Of a stretch of 37,507 nt of DNA, positions 7,964 to 16,744 are shown piece by piece. Within the stretch, counting starts at the first letter, position 1. Each line of letters begins with the position of its first letter. A program made the translations under genes and the position numbers. Origin of the DNA: a virus (Duplodnaviria > Caudoviricetes); IMG/VR virus record IMGVR_UViG_3300022930_000019, positions 1-37,507 of that record. One strand, written 5' to 3'. Under the pieces are notes generated by a model. It saw nothing but the letters and a program-made list of their open reading frames with translations. It had not been told where the DNA came from and searched no databases.

Positions 7964-8287
7964 ATGGATAACTCTAGCAACGCGGACGAGATAATAACAG
8001 CCGATATGCTTTGGGATGGTGCCATAACTGAGAGCCGATTTAATCGCTTTGACGACGAGCTTATAGACAAGTATTTCAACGAGGAAGGTAAGGTGGCTAT
8101 CGAAAAGTATATACAGCGTAAAGTAACCGAAGCAAGGATTGATGAATTTGCAACAGTCAATGGTATTTGGGGAGAGGCAGAAAGTGTGTCTCCAAAATCA
8201 GCTGGTGTGAATATACATGACAGACTTATTAAACGCCAAAAAGAACTAACCGAGTCTCAAACTCTCAAGGAAAGGGAAGAACGATGA
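7964..8287 (+). CDS. hypothetical protein
   Basis: 107 aa; RBS GGAGG. Confidence 0.65.
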   Translation: MDNSSNADEIITADMLWDGAITESRFNRFDDELIDKYFNEEGKVAIEKYIQRKVTEARIDEFATVNGIWGEAESVSPKSAGVNIHDRLIKRQKELTESQTLKEREER

Positions 8288-8457
8288 GTAAACAGTATGA
8301 TTCATTTAAAGAGAAAACTATAAAAGCATCTCAAACAATCAATGAGGCGGGTAAAATGAAAGCTGTTGATGATGAGTATGTTAGGGGATTTGCAGATGCT
8401 ATGTGGGAAGCACGAGAGATTTTTATGCGTGTAGAGGATGAACCAAATGAAGCATAA
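8284..8457 (+). CDS. hypothetical protein (57 aa, MSKQYDSFK...)
   Basis: ATGA overlap; fills the gap. Confidence 0.55.
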   Translation: MSKQYDSFKEKTIKASQTINEAGKMKAVDDEYVRGFADAMWEAREIFMRVEDEPNEA

Positions 8458-8734
8458 CCCCTCACCTACAGTAAGTGATGAAGATACACGAAAAGAAGTA
8501 GACGATATTTTAAACCTACTTGGAGAGACTGCAGATATTAGTGGTGCTTGTACAGAGATGGTTTCCCTCATTGAATACAAGGAAAGAAAGGCAAGACTCG
8601 CAGGACGTATTGAGGCAGGAATGCAGCTACGAAAATCAATGATTAGCACTAGTCCATTTGTTGAAGGAATCCTTAACCCCTACTTACTAGAGCAGAGACG
8701 ATGCCTAAAGTTTACCTCAGAGGACAACAAATAA
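8438..8734 (+). CDS. hypothetical protein (start may be 8447)
   Basis: ORF in operon; GAGGA precedes ATG 8447. Confidence 0.6.
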   Translation: MNQMKHNPSPTVSDEDTRKEVDDILNLLGETADISGACTEMVSLIEYKERKARLAGRIEAGMQLRKSMISTSPFVEGILNPYLLEQRRCLKFTSEDNK

Positions 8735-8735
8735 G

Positions 8736-8825
8736 ATGGATGGTACATTTTGGCTCCTAATCGGGCTTTTAGCAGTACAGCTTATCGCTATGGCATGGGC
8801 TATTCTATGGCACGGAGATGAATAA
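8736..8825 (+). CDS. 29-aa single-TM peptide
   Basis: MDGTFWLLIGLLAVQLIAMAWAILWHGDE; GAGGA upstream. Confidence 0.5.
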   Translation: MDGTFWLLIGLLAVQLIAMAWAILWHGDE

Positions 8826-8898
8826 AATATATTGCACCTACTGCCTCACGAACACTCACAGCGATACTTCATGTCCATGGCAGATCAAGGATAAATAG
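8818..8898 (+). CDS. 26-aa CCHC zinc-knuckle peptide
   Basis: MNKIYCTYCLTNTHSDTSCPWQIKDK = C-x2-C-x4-H-x4-C. Confidence 0.5.
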   Translation: MNKIYCTYCLTNTHSDTSCPWQIKDK

Positions 8899-8900
8899 TC

Positions 8901-8928
8901 TTTACACATAAACCGGCTATGTTATAAT
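8901..8928 (+). promoter_or_regulatory. promoter of the glycan/redox cluster
   Basis: TTTACA...TG-T-TATAAT. Confidence 0.6.
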
Positions 8929-8950
8929 TGCGGCATAACTAGGAGTTAAC

Positions 8951-9256
8951 TTGAACAATATAGTGGTATGTAGAGAGAAGCTTGTAAATTCTAATCTAAG
9001 AGTTTACACTCCCAACCCCACACTAATGTTCGCACTTTCAGATACAAAGGTTATCGTAATTACAAACTTCCATACGTTCTTTCTCCGTCATACTCACCGT
9101 AACTATCTTCCGCGACTGAATAATGTACGACAGCTTATAGAGGCTAACAAAATAAATAATGCAGCAGACTTGCTAACAGAATTGAAACTAAATGTAGGAG
9201 AAGGTATAGAAATGGTTGTCACTAAGATTGATAGGGTGTTGGAGGAAAACAAATGA
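8951..9256 (+). CDS. hypothetical protein
   Basis: TTG start with RBS AGGAG. Confidence 0.65.
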   Translation: MNNIVVCREKLVNSNLRVYTPNPTLMFALSDTKVIVITNFHTFFLRHTHRNYLPRLNNVRQLIEANKINNAADLLTELKLNVGEGIEMVVTKIDRVLEENK

Positions 9257-9498
9257 ACTTCCTTATCACTGCACTCGCGGTATTTGGTTTAAGTAGCCTT
9301 CTGACGTCATATGACGGTGCGTGGGGCGTTTTTCGTAAACTTAGGGACAAGTTCCCCGATTCATTCTTGCACTGTACAGTATGCACCGCTGTGTGGCTCT
9401 CGATACCAATTATATTACTCGGTGCCTTTGTAGGAGTGTGGTCTATCGCACCGATTGCTATTGTCGGAGTCGTCATAATAATAGAGAGGTTAACATGA
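9253..9498 (+). CDS. DUF1360-like membrane protein
   Basis: Hydrophobic; DG...FRKLR and CTVCTAVW motifs. Confidence 0.6.
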   Translation: MNFLITALAVFGLSSLLTSYDGAWGVFRKLRDKFPDSFLHCTVCTAVWLSIPIILLGAFVGVWSIAPIAIVGVVIIIERLT

Positions 9499-9704
9499 TA
9501 GTTGTTTATAGTGCACGCTGCATGGCTTGTAGTCACAAACACCTTCACAGGACACTCACTCACTACGCTATGGAAAATAAGGTAAAGTACGAAGTACGCC
9601 GGACTAATTTATCTAAACAATTTGAAGAGGAGGCATTACAGTACGGATTGAAGCTACCCTTTGTTGTGGTAGACGGAGAAGCAAAAAGGATTGAAGATCT
9701 ATAA
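9495..9704 (+). CDS. glutaredoxin/thioredoxin-fold small protein
   Basis: MIVVYSARCMAC...LPFVVVDG; start corrected to ATG 9495 (RBS GAGG). Confidence 0.6.
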   Translation: MIVVYSARCMACSHKHLHRTLTHYAMENKVKYEVRRTNLSKQFEEEALQYGLKLPFVVVDGEAKRIEDL

Positions 9705-10348
9705 TGTATCCTGTGGTTTATTCTTATAAAAAGTCAAAGACGAGAGAGTTCGAACTATCACTTGAGTCGCTCAAAAATATTAAAGAGTGGAACGGTGTAG
9801 TCTTCGTGATCGGAGATATTCCCGATGTAGGGAATTATATTAAGTACAACCACATACCGATCAAATACAAGTGGGGAAAAGAATCACACTCTAAATCAAA
9901 CGATGAGATATGTGCTTACCTCACAGCCGCTGATTTTCTTGATGAGTTTATTATTATGGCTGATGATATATACATCTTGCAGCCCTGGAGTTTGGAGTAT
10001 CAAAACAGAGGAACATTAGACGATCACATTAAGACCAGGGCTAGAGGTGATAGCTATGCTAGACAACTTAGAGATACGAGGGATTTCCTGTTAGACAACG
10101 GTCAACCTACTCTAAGCTATGAAATGCACATACCTATGCTAGTTAAGTCAGATCAATTACGAGATGCCGCTGAGCTCGTTAGAACATCTCGTACTATGTT
10201 TATACGATCTATCATAGGTAACTGGTTCGAGATACCTTCTAACAAATCAATAGACCCTAAGAATCAGCCATTGACGGATGATACTGTGTTATATTCATCG
10301 CAAGATAGTACGTTTGATTACGAAAAAGTGAGGAGTTATTTAAAATGA
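9704..10348 (+). CDS. putative glycosyl/sugar-phosphotransferase (GT-A/Stealth-like)
   Basis: ELSLESL, VFVIGD, FIIMADDIY, YEMHIPM motifs; lies next to gmd. Confidence 0.5.
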   Translation: MYPVVYSYKKSKTREFELSLESLKNIKEWNGVVFVIGDIPDVGNYIKYNHIPIKYKWGKESHSKSNDEICAYLTAADFLDEFIIMADDIYILQPWSLEYQNRGTLDDHIKTRARGDSYARQLRDTRDFLLDNGQPTLSYEMHIPMLVKSDQLRDAAELVRTSRTMFIRSIIGNWFEIPSNKSIDPKNQPLTDDTVLYSSQDSTFDYEKVRSYLK

Positions 10349-11289
10349 ACAGATCAAGTGTATGGTTACGCAAAGAAAAGGGCACAGATATTGGGATAGA
10401 ACATAATGCAGAGGATAACTTCTTTTGGAACCCTTCAATCGCATGGCACAATAAAGAACTCTTTGTGTCATATCGTGGATATCGGAAAGACCCTAACTCA
10501 TTCAGATCTTATACAAGCCCTCTCGTCGTGGGAAAGCTAAAAGGTGATAAGTTAGTCGAGTATAAGGAATTAACGCCCCAAAACGTCCCAGATTACGTTA
10601 AGGAGTGTGGTATCGAAGATGTAAGGATATGGAGCGACGGCGAAAACTTATATGGGATCGGTGTTGTCCTTTCCGAGTTCCCAAGTGATCTAAAGCGCAA
10701 GAAACTAAACGTAAGACTTGCTGAGATTAAGATTAACTACGAAAAAGGAACCTACGACTTTATCGAAGACTTCGGGCAGCCTATCGGATTTCCTGAAAAG
10801 AACTGGTCACCTATTCAAGGACGACCACACGAATATATGTACGCAGTAGACAAACTGTACAGCTTCGGTATTATTACCCTCACAACCCCTAGAGCTACAG
10901 TAGACCATAGGATAATTCATAACGGTACACCACTTATGAAAATAAATGGCGGATATATAGCAATCATCCACCAAAGGACACGTCTTGCTAATCGAGCTGG
11001 TTGTTATCCTAATATGTTTGTTAAATATAACGACGACTTAGTACCTATTGAGTGTACTGACTGGTTCGTATTTGATGACTATAAAGATGAAGAAGTGCAG
11101 TTTATGTCAGGTGCAGCACTGCTAGACAAAGAAACCCTAGGAATAACAGTTGGCCTTGATCGAATCACTGCAAGGCGACCAGCGTTATACAAAAGTTTGC
11201 TATACAAAGTAAAGCTGAGTGATATTGATTGGCAGCCGTATAAACCGACACCTCTATTTCGGGGTGTTTATAGAGAAGGAGACAAATAA
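10345..11289 (+). CDS. five-bladed beta-propeller glycosidase/phosphorylase-like protein (GH130/GH43-like)
   Basis: WNPSI, GIEDVR, EKNWSP, HNGTP, VQFMSG blade motifs. Confidence 0.55.
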   Translation: MNRSSVWLRKEKGTDIGIEHNAEDNFFWNPSIAWHNKELFVSYRGYRKDPNSFRSYTSPLVVGKLKGDKLVEYKELTPQNVPDYVKECGIEDVRIWSDGENLYGIGVVLSEFPSDLKRKKLNVRLAEIKINYEKGTYDFIEDFGQPIGFPEKNWSPIQGRPHEYMYAVDKLYSFGIITLTTPRATVDHRIIHNGTPLMKINGGYIAIIHQRTRLANRAGCYPNMFVKYNDDLVPIECTDWFVFDDYKDEEVQFMSGAALLDKETLGITVGLDRITARRPALYKSLLYKVKLSDIDWQPYKPTPLFRGVYREGDK

Positions 11290-12290
11290 TGATAGCATTT
11301 GTAACGGGATGGACGGGTCAAGACGCAACACACCTTACTAAGCTGTTGCTAAGTAAAGGATACATTGTCATTGGATTAGTTCGTAGAGTATCGACAGAGC
11401 CACCACATCGTATTCGTAAGGGTTATGATTTCACCGAATCTATTAACTCAGGTCAACTCATACTAGAGACAGGTGATCTATTAGACCCGTCTAGCCTACG
11501 ACGTATTATCAAGCAGTACCAACCAGACGAAATATACAACCTTGCCGCACAAAGCCACGTCGGGTTGAGCTTCAAGCAACCAGAGCTTACAACACAAGTA
11601 GATTACATCGGTGTTATGAACCTTATCTCCGCACTAGAGACTTCACACGAAGGTAAATGGAAGATGTATCAAGCCTCAACAAGTGAGATGTACGGAGCTA
11701 AGGATGAGGGATCAATACTTAACGAAAAGAGTGAACTAAACCCTAACTCACCGTATGCCATTGCGAAGACAGCAGCGCATTACTACTGTAGAAGCAAGCG
11801 ATCGCAAGGACTGTTTATCTCAACAGGCATTCTATTCAACCATGAGGGAGAGCTACGAGGTGCAGACTTCGTAACTATGAAGATCGCTAAAGGTGTGAAC
11901 GCTTGGATTGAAGACCCTACACAAATACTAGAGCTTGGTAACATGAACTCAGTACGTGACTGGGGATACGCAGGTGATTTTGTAGAGGGTATGCACCTTA
12001 TCATGCAACAAGAAGAAGCAGACGAATTTGTTATTGCAACTGGAGAAGTTCATACAGTACGGGATTTTGTTGAAGCGGCTTTTAAAGCTAAAAAACTAGA
12101 GATCAAATGGGAAGGTGAAGGACAGGATGAAAAGGGCTGTGTGAATGGTGTTCTAGCCGTAAGAATTAACCCAGAGTTCTATCGTCCTAATGAAGTTGGA
12201 TATTTATTAGGAGATGCAAGCAAGATCAAAGCTATTGGATGGGAACGTAAGACAAGCTTTGATGAGTTAGTAAATATAATGGTTAAATGA
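11289..12290 (+). CDS. gmd: GDP-mannose 4,6-dehydratase
   Basis: TGWTGQD, YNLAAQSHV, QASTSEMYG, SPYAIAK, GILFNHE, RDWGYAGD, YRPNEV. Confidence 0.93.
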   Translation: MIAFVTGWTGQDATHLTKLLLSKGYIVIGLVRRVSTEPPHRIRKGYDFTESINSGQLILETGDLLDPSSLRRIIKQYQPDEIYNLAAQSHVGLSFKQPELTTQVDYIGVMNLISALETSHEGKWKMYQASTSEMYGAKDEGSILNEKSELNPNSPYAIAKTAAHYYCRSKRSQGLFISTGILFNHEGELRGADFVTMKIAKGVNAWIEDPTQILELGNMNSVRDWGYAGDFVEGMHLIMQQEEADEFVIATGEVHTVRDFVEAAFKAKKLEIKWEGEGQDEKGCVNGVLAVRINPEFYRPNEVGYLLGDASKIKAIGWERKTSFDELVNIMVK

Positions 12291-12475
12291 TAATAATTAT
12301 GAAAGTTTTTATTGTGCATGGAGATGATTACGAGGATCAAGTTGTCAGAACTGTCTATTCCACTGTTGAACTAGCTATAAAACATGTAGAAAAATTTAGT
12401 AGTTCCTTCTGGAAGTTAACGTTTTCAGAATACGAAATCAGGGACTATCTAATTGAAGATGACGAAGGAATTTAA
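12287..12475 (+). CDS. hypothetical protein
   Basis: MKVFIV...VYSTVELA pattern; start may be a few codons later. Confidence 0.55.
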   Translation: MIIIMKVFIVHGDDYEDQVVRTVYSTVELAIKHVEKFSSSFWKLTFSEYEIRDYLIEDDEGI

Positions 12476-12497
12476 ACACAGGTGCTATACTGAAGAT

Positions 12498-12881
12498 ATG
12501 AAAGACAAAGCCACAGAGCAGGGTAAAGGTGTATCACCTATCTCAGGTGTTGCTCCTCCTGTTGCCTCACAGTTTGGACAGCCCAACGGCAACCCTCGCC
12601 ATAATGGTGCATGGAAGAAAGAGGACACTGCTCGTTACAAGCTGGAGCTTCTGATACAGATGTCAGATGATGAACTTGATATATTGATACAAGAGCCTAC
12701 TACTCCTCGCTTTGATAAGAATATGGCAACTGCTGTAAAGAACGGTCAGTGGAAAGAGCTTGAGGGGATGATTAATCAGGTATACGGCAAGCCTAAAGAG
12801 ACAGTTGATCTATCTAACCCTGACGGTACTTTGACGCCAATTGTTCGTATTATTGACTCACGTATATCACAAGAAGAATAA
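12498..12881 (+). CDS. terS: terminase small subunit (probably leaderless)
   Basis: Directly upstream of TerL; SQFGQPNGNP and YGKPKETVDL motifs; TG-C-TATACT 6 nt before ATG 12498. Confidence 0.7.
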   Translation: MKDKATEQGKGVSPISGVAPPVASQFGQPNGNPRHNGAWKKEDTARYKLELLIQMSDDELDILIQEPTTPRFDKNMATAVKNGQWKELEGMINQVYGKPKETVDLSNPDGTLTPIVRIIDSRISQEE

Positions 12882-12905
12882 ATAACTTCCTTTAATGGCT
12901 ATTAA

Positions 12906-14138
12906 GTGCCAGGAATCACAGCGTTATATAAAGTGGATACAGAAAAGCTTATCACGAATGAGATATTGATACCCGCAGAGTTTGCTAGGTTACTAGATAG
13001 TGATTGGCGAGAGGCTGCTATACATGGTGGACGCGGTTCATTAAAGTCTCATACAGTTGCTCGTATTTTACTCATTAGAGCAATGCAAAAGAATGGTTTA
13101 TGTGGTTGCTTTCGTGAATACCAAAACTCTATCGCGGATAGTTCACATGCACTTTTAAAGAAGCTTATTGAAGATTATAAATTACCTTACTTCAAAGTAA
13201 CTGACGATGCTATAAAGAATACAAGAACAGGATATTCTTTTATATTCAAAGGTCTTAGGAATAACATTCAATCTATTAAATCTATCGAAGGTATGACAGA
13301 GGCGTGGATCGAAGAAGCACAGACTATCTCAGAGGCCTCACTTGATGTTTTAACCCCTACAGTTCGTATTCCTGGTTCACAGATATTCTACACGTATAAC
13401 CGCCTTAAAGATAAAGACCCTATTCACAACCGTCTCGTGATAGAAGGAAGACCAGGAACAATCGTAATCAATGTTAACTACGACGTTGCAATCAAATATG
13501 GTTGGCTATCCGATGTGTTGATGAATGAGATGACGAGCGACCGTGATAATCGTCCAGAGATCTATAAACACAAATGGCTTGGTGAACCATCCAACTTAAA
13601 GGGACAGATTTATAAGAACTTCAAAAAGATTCCTCGTATTCCAGAAGACGCAGAATATTTAGGCGCTGGTTTGGACTTTGGTTATACTAACGACCCTACT
13701 GCCCTTGTAGACGTATACAAGTGGAACAGGGCATACATTCTTGATGAGCGTCTATACAACCGAGGTATGCAAAATAAAATGATTGGTGTGTCGATTAAAA
13801 GATTGCCTCATTACACAAATCAGTTAGTTGTTGGGGATAGTTCTGAACCTAAGAGTATCGACGATATTAAGGATGAGGGAGTAAACATTATTGGCGCTAC
13901 CAAGGGCAAAGACTCTGTTAACAATGGTATCCAGCTACTACAAAGCCTAGAGGTTTATTACACAGAATCAAGCCACAACATTGAAGAAGAAGTATTGAAC
14001 TATGTTTGGCGTGTAGATAAGGAAGATAAGAGTCTTAATATACCTGTCGACGCTTATAACCACGCACTTGATGCAGCACGTTATAAGATAACAGATATTC
14101 TAAATAATAAACCTCTAGTCTATGGTGGCTTACTCTAG
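12906..14138 (+). CDS. terL: terminase large subunit, PBSX-like
   Basis: Walker A GGRGSLKS, Walker B AWIEEA, nuclease GLDFGYTNDPTA, DSSEP, NHALDAARY. Confidence 0.93.
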   Translation: MPGITALYKVDTEKLITNEILIPAEFARLLDSDWREAAIHGGRGSLKSHTVARILLIRAMQKNGLCGCFREYQNSIADSSHALLKKLIEDYKLPYFKVTDDAIKNTRTGYSFIFKGLRNNIQSIKSIEGMTEAWIEEAQTISEASLDVLTPTVRIPGSQIFYTYNRLKDKDPIHNRLVIEGRPGTIVINVNYDVAIKYGWLSDVLMNEMTSDRDNRPEIYKHKWLGEPSNLKGQIYKNFKKIPRIPEDAEYLGAGLDFGYTNDPTALVDVYKWNRAYILDERLYNRGMQNKMIGVSIKRLPHYTNQLVVGDSSEPKSIDDIKDEGVNIIGATKGKDSVNNGIQLLQSLEVYYTESSHNIEEEVLNYVWRVDKEDKSLNIPVDAYNHALDAARYKITDILNNKPLVYGGLL

Positions 14139-14179
14139 TTCAGCGTTGTTATACTAAAATAAGATAAAGGAATAAATGC

Positions 14180-14365
14180 GTGAATGCCATACAAAAGTTC
14201 ATTAAGAACATAAAAGACAACTTCGCAGAGTACTATACTCTCTTAATCATCGCTGTAGCCATCCCTGTTGCAATAGCATCACTCACCTCTGTTGTATGGG
14301 GGATTTTACTTTCGTTTGTCCTTCAAGCATTGGTAGGAATCTTCTACATTCGAGGTAAGCAATGA
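14180..14365 (+). CDS. small two-TM protein preceding the portal
   Basis: Hydrophobic 61 aa; GTG start, RBS AAAGGA; TG-T-TATACT upstream. Confidence 0.65.
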   Translation: MNAIQKFIKNIKDNFAEYYTLLIIAVAIPVAIASLTSVVWGILLSFVLQALVGIFYIRGKQ

Positions 14366-15804
14366 TACTAGGTACAGCACTTAAGGGTGCAAGATCTCAA
14401 GTCAACTTGGTTGGTGCTCCTTCATTCGCACAAGTGAATCCTTACGGCCTTTACAATCACTTCAAGTCTGACGAGTACGCGAGTCACTATCCGAATGTAC
14501 GGCCGATTACTAATGAGTTTATGCAGATCGTGCCTTATGCGATCAACGCTAACGGTAAGCCTGTTCCGCATGAAGTTATTGACGCTCTGTATCATCCTAA
14601 CCGTCGTGATAGCCTTCCTATGTTCCTTGAGAAACTTGGTGTATCAGTTCTATCTAATAGCTACACATATCTCCTCGTATGGCGTCGCGAGAACAACAAG
14701 GCTGAACCAGGTGGTGATTTTGGATTTAAGGGAAAGAACATTGCAGGGTTCACATTCCTAGAAAATCCAGCAATTGATTACCGTGATGGCAAGATCTATT
14801 ACAAGATGGGCGCACAGCAGTTCGATGAAGATGAGGTTATCGCTATTCCTGGCGGATCACGGCCTGAAGATCTATACGGTGGGTATTCTCCTGCACTCTC
14901 AGCTGCTAAGTGGGCAACCCTTGATGGTTACATTGCGGACTTTCAAAATGGGTTCTTCCAAAACAACGCTATTCCAGCCGGTGTATTTAAGGTTGCGGCT
15001 CCAACGCCTACTGAATATAAAGACATGGTTGAACAGCTTAAAGAACGTCACCAAGGTGCAGGGAACAATAACAATGTTTCCTATACCCATGTCCCTATTG
15101 ATGCACAGGGTAAACTTGCACCAGCTCAGATTGAATGGATTCCGTTTGCTCAGAGCAATAAAGAGATAGACTTTGAACCCCTCTTAAAGCATGTAGACGA
15201 TCGTTTATCTGAAAGCTATGGTGTTTCAGGAATTATTAAGGGTGTCGATAGTAACGCAACCTACAACAATGCCGAGGTATCAGAGGCTGGATTCGCTAAA
15301 CGAGCGGTCAAGCCTCTTGCGCTACGTATTTACTCACAGATCACGCATGAACTGAACCGTATTACTGGTGGTCTAGGTATAGCTGTCACATTCAGATACG
15401 AGATTCCTGCCGTATCAGATGCTGAACTCGTGAAGGCTCAAACTAAGACAGAAGAAGTTGCTATGATTAAAGAACTCACCGAACTCGGTTATAGTCTCGA
15501 CTCCGCTGTGGATGCCTTGCAACTTTCACAAAGTTATAAGCTTCTTAAAATTGGTAATGCCCCTACTGTGATTGATAATGATAAGCCAGAGGTTGATGAA
15601 GGAAAAGAAGTAGATCGCTCACCAGACCCCACCAGGATTGACGGTGTGACACCAGTTAACAGTGCTGATCTTGAATTACATTGCAAGGCATGTGACCGTT
15701 TCTTAGGCACGACAGACAACGCGAACCCGACTGATAAGCTAAAATGCTCAAACAGCTCTTGCAAAGCTCTAGAGGTTCCAGTAGTTAAGGAGATAAAAAC
15801 ATGA
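14362..15804 (+). CDS. portal protein (HK97-like) with C-terminal zinc-ribbon extension
   Basis: HPN, YGGYSPA, FFQNNAIPAGV, ATYNNAE motifs; tail CKAC...CSNSSC. Confidence 0.88.
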   Translation: MILGTALKGARSQVNLVGAPSFAQVNPYGLYNHFKSDEYASHYPNVRPITNEFMQIVPYAINANGKPVPHEVIDALYHPNRRDSLPMFLEKLGVSVLSNSYTYLLVWRRENNKAEPGGDFGFKGKNIAGFTFLENPAIDYRDGKIYYKMGAQQFDEDEVIAIPGGSRPEDLYGGYSPALSAAKWATLDGYIADFQNGFFQNNAIPAGVFKVAAPTPTEYKDMVEQLKERHQGAGNNNNVSYTHVPIDAQGKLAPAQIEWIPFAQSNKEIDFEPLLKHVDDRLSESYGVSGIIKGVDSNATYNNAEVSEAGFAKRAVKPLALRIYSQITHELNRITGGLGIAVTFRYEIPAVSDAELVKAQTKTEEVAMIKELTELGYSLDSAVDALQLSQSYKLLKIGNAPTVIDNDKPEVDEGKEVDRSPDPTRIDGVTPVNSADLELHCKACDRFLGTTDNANPTDKLKCSNSSCKALEVPVVKEIKT

Positions 15805-16133
15805 ATGACGAGAAAATAAGGCAAGGCGCAACCTTTGAAGTAACACTTAAAGACACCAACCTCACTGCTGAGACAGCTACAATCACTGTTTCTAATAGTG
15901 GGAACATACTCGCAAGCGATACAGCAAACTACGTTGAGACCGACGGTGTGATGTACGCGACGTTACGGCTCGATACGACTAACATTCCCTTAGGCACGCA
16001 TGAATACATGTATACTATCACTTATGCAGATAATGTTGTGGTGAAACTACCTGATGCTTCTAGCTGTGAAGAGGATGAGTGCGACCTACCAGCCTTTATC
16101 GTATGTGAAGCTAACGACATAGAGACGAGCTAA
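15801..16133 (+). CDS. virion-associated beta-sandwich-like protein
   Basis: IRQGATFEVT N-terminus; precedes fibre genes. Confidence 0.5.
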   Translation: MNDEKIRQGATFEVTLKDTNLTAETATITVSNSGNILASDTANYVETDGVMYATLRLDTTNIPLGTHEYMYTITYADNVVVKLPDASSCEEDECDLPAFIVCEANDIETS

Positions 16134-16135
16134 CT

Positions 16136-16726
16136 ATGAGAGACATTAACGTTGAGCATAAAAACATTACTATCTTAGTCAAACGAGAGTCTGGTGATAT
16201 TTCAGTACTTCATCGTGACAGTAGTATAGAGGTTATGCACCCAACAAAGAATGTCTCAGTCGATCACACAAATAAAATTGTGAACCTGAAAAGGTCAGAC
16301 AATAAGTTGAATGTCTCTCATCCCGAGAAAACTATATCTCTTTACAATGGGGGTAGGCGTGGTGTTCCAGGAGAGCAAGGTGAAGCGGCAACTATCGAGG
16401 TGGGATCGACTACAACAGGAGCGCCAAGTACACCAGCTGAGGTCACAAACGTAGGCACAGAGAACGCCGCAATATTCGACTTCGTTATTCCAAAAGGGGA
16501 TAAAGGAGATCAGGGTGATCCAGGTACAGACGGAGATAAAAATTATACCGAGACATTCCCACCTACTGACAATATATTCGTCACCCATAATCTTGGAAAA
16601 TATCCAGCAGTCACCGTAATTAACAGCGCAGGGGACGAAGTCGTAGGCGAAGTAAATTATCTAAGTATAAACACACTGATCGTAAGCTTTTCCGCTGCCT
16701 TCGGGGGACGAGTAACATGCAACTAA
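16136..16726 (+). CDS. collagen-repeat fibre protein
   Basis: GxY triplets, FDFVIPKGDKG, VTHNLGKYPAVTV. Confidence 0.7.
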   Translation: MRDINVEHKNITILVKRESGDISVLHRDSSIEVMHPTKNVSVDHTNKIVNLKRSDNKLNVSHPEKTISLYNGGRRGVPGEQGEAATIEVGSTTTGAPSTPAEVTNVGTENAAIFDFVIPKGDKGDQGDPGTDGDKNYTETFPPTDNIFVTHNLGKYPAVTVINSAGDEVVGEVNYLSINTLIVSFSAAFGGRVTCN

Positions 16727-16744
16727 TAAAAGAAGGATTCAATC

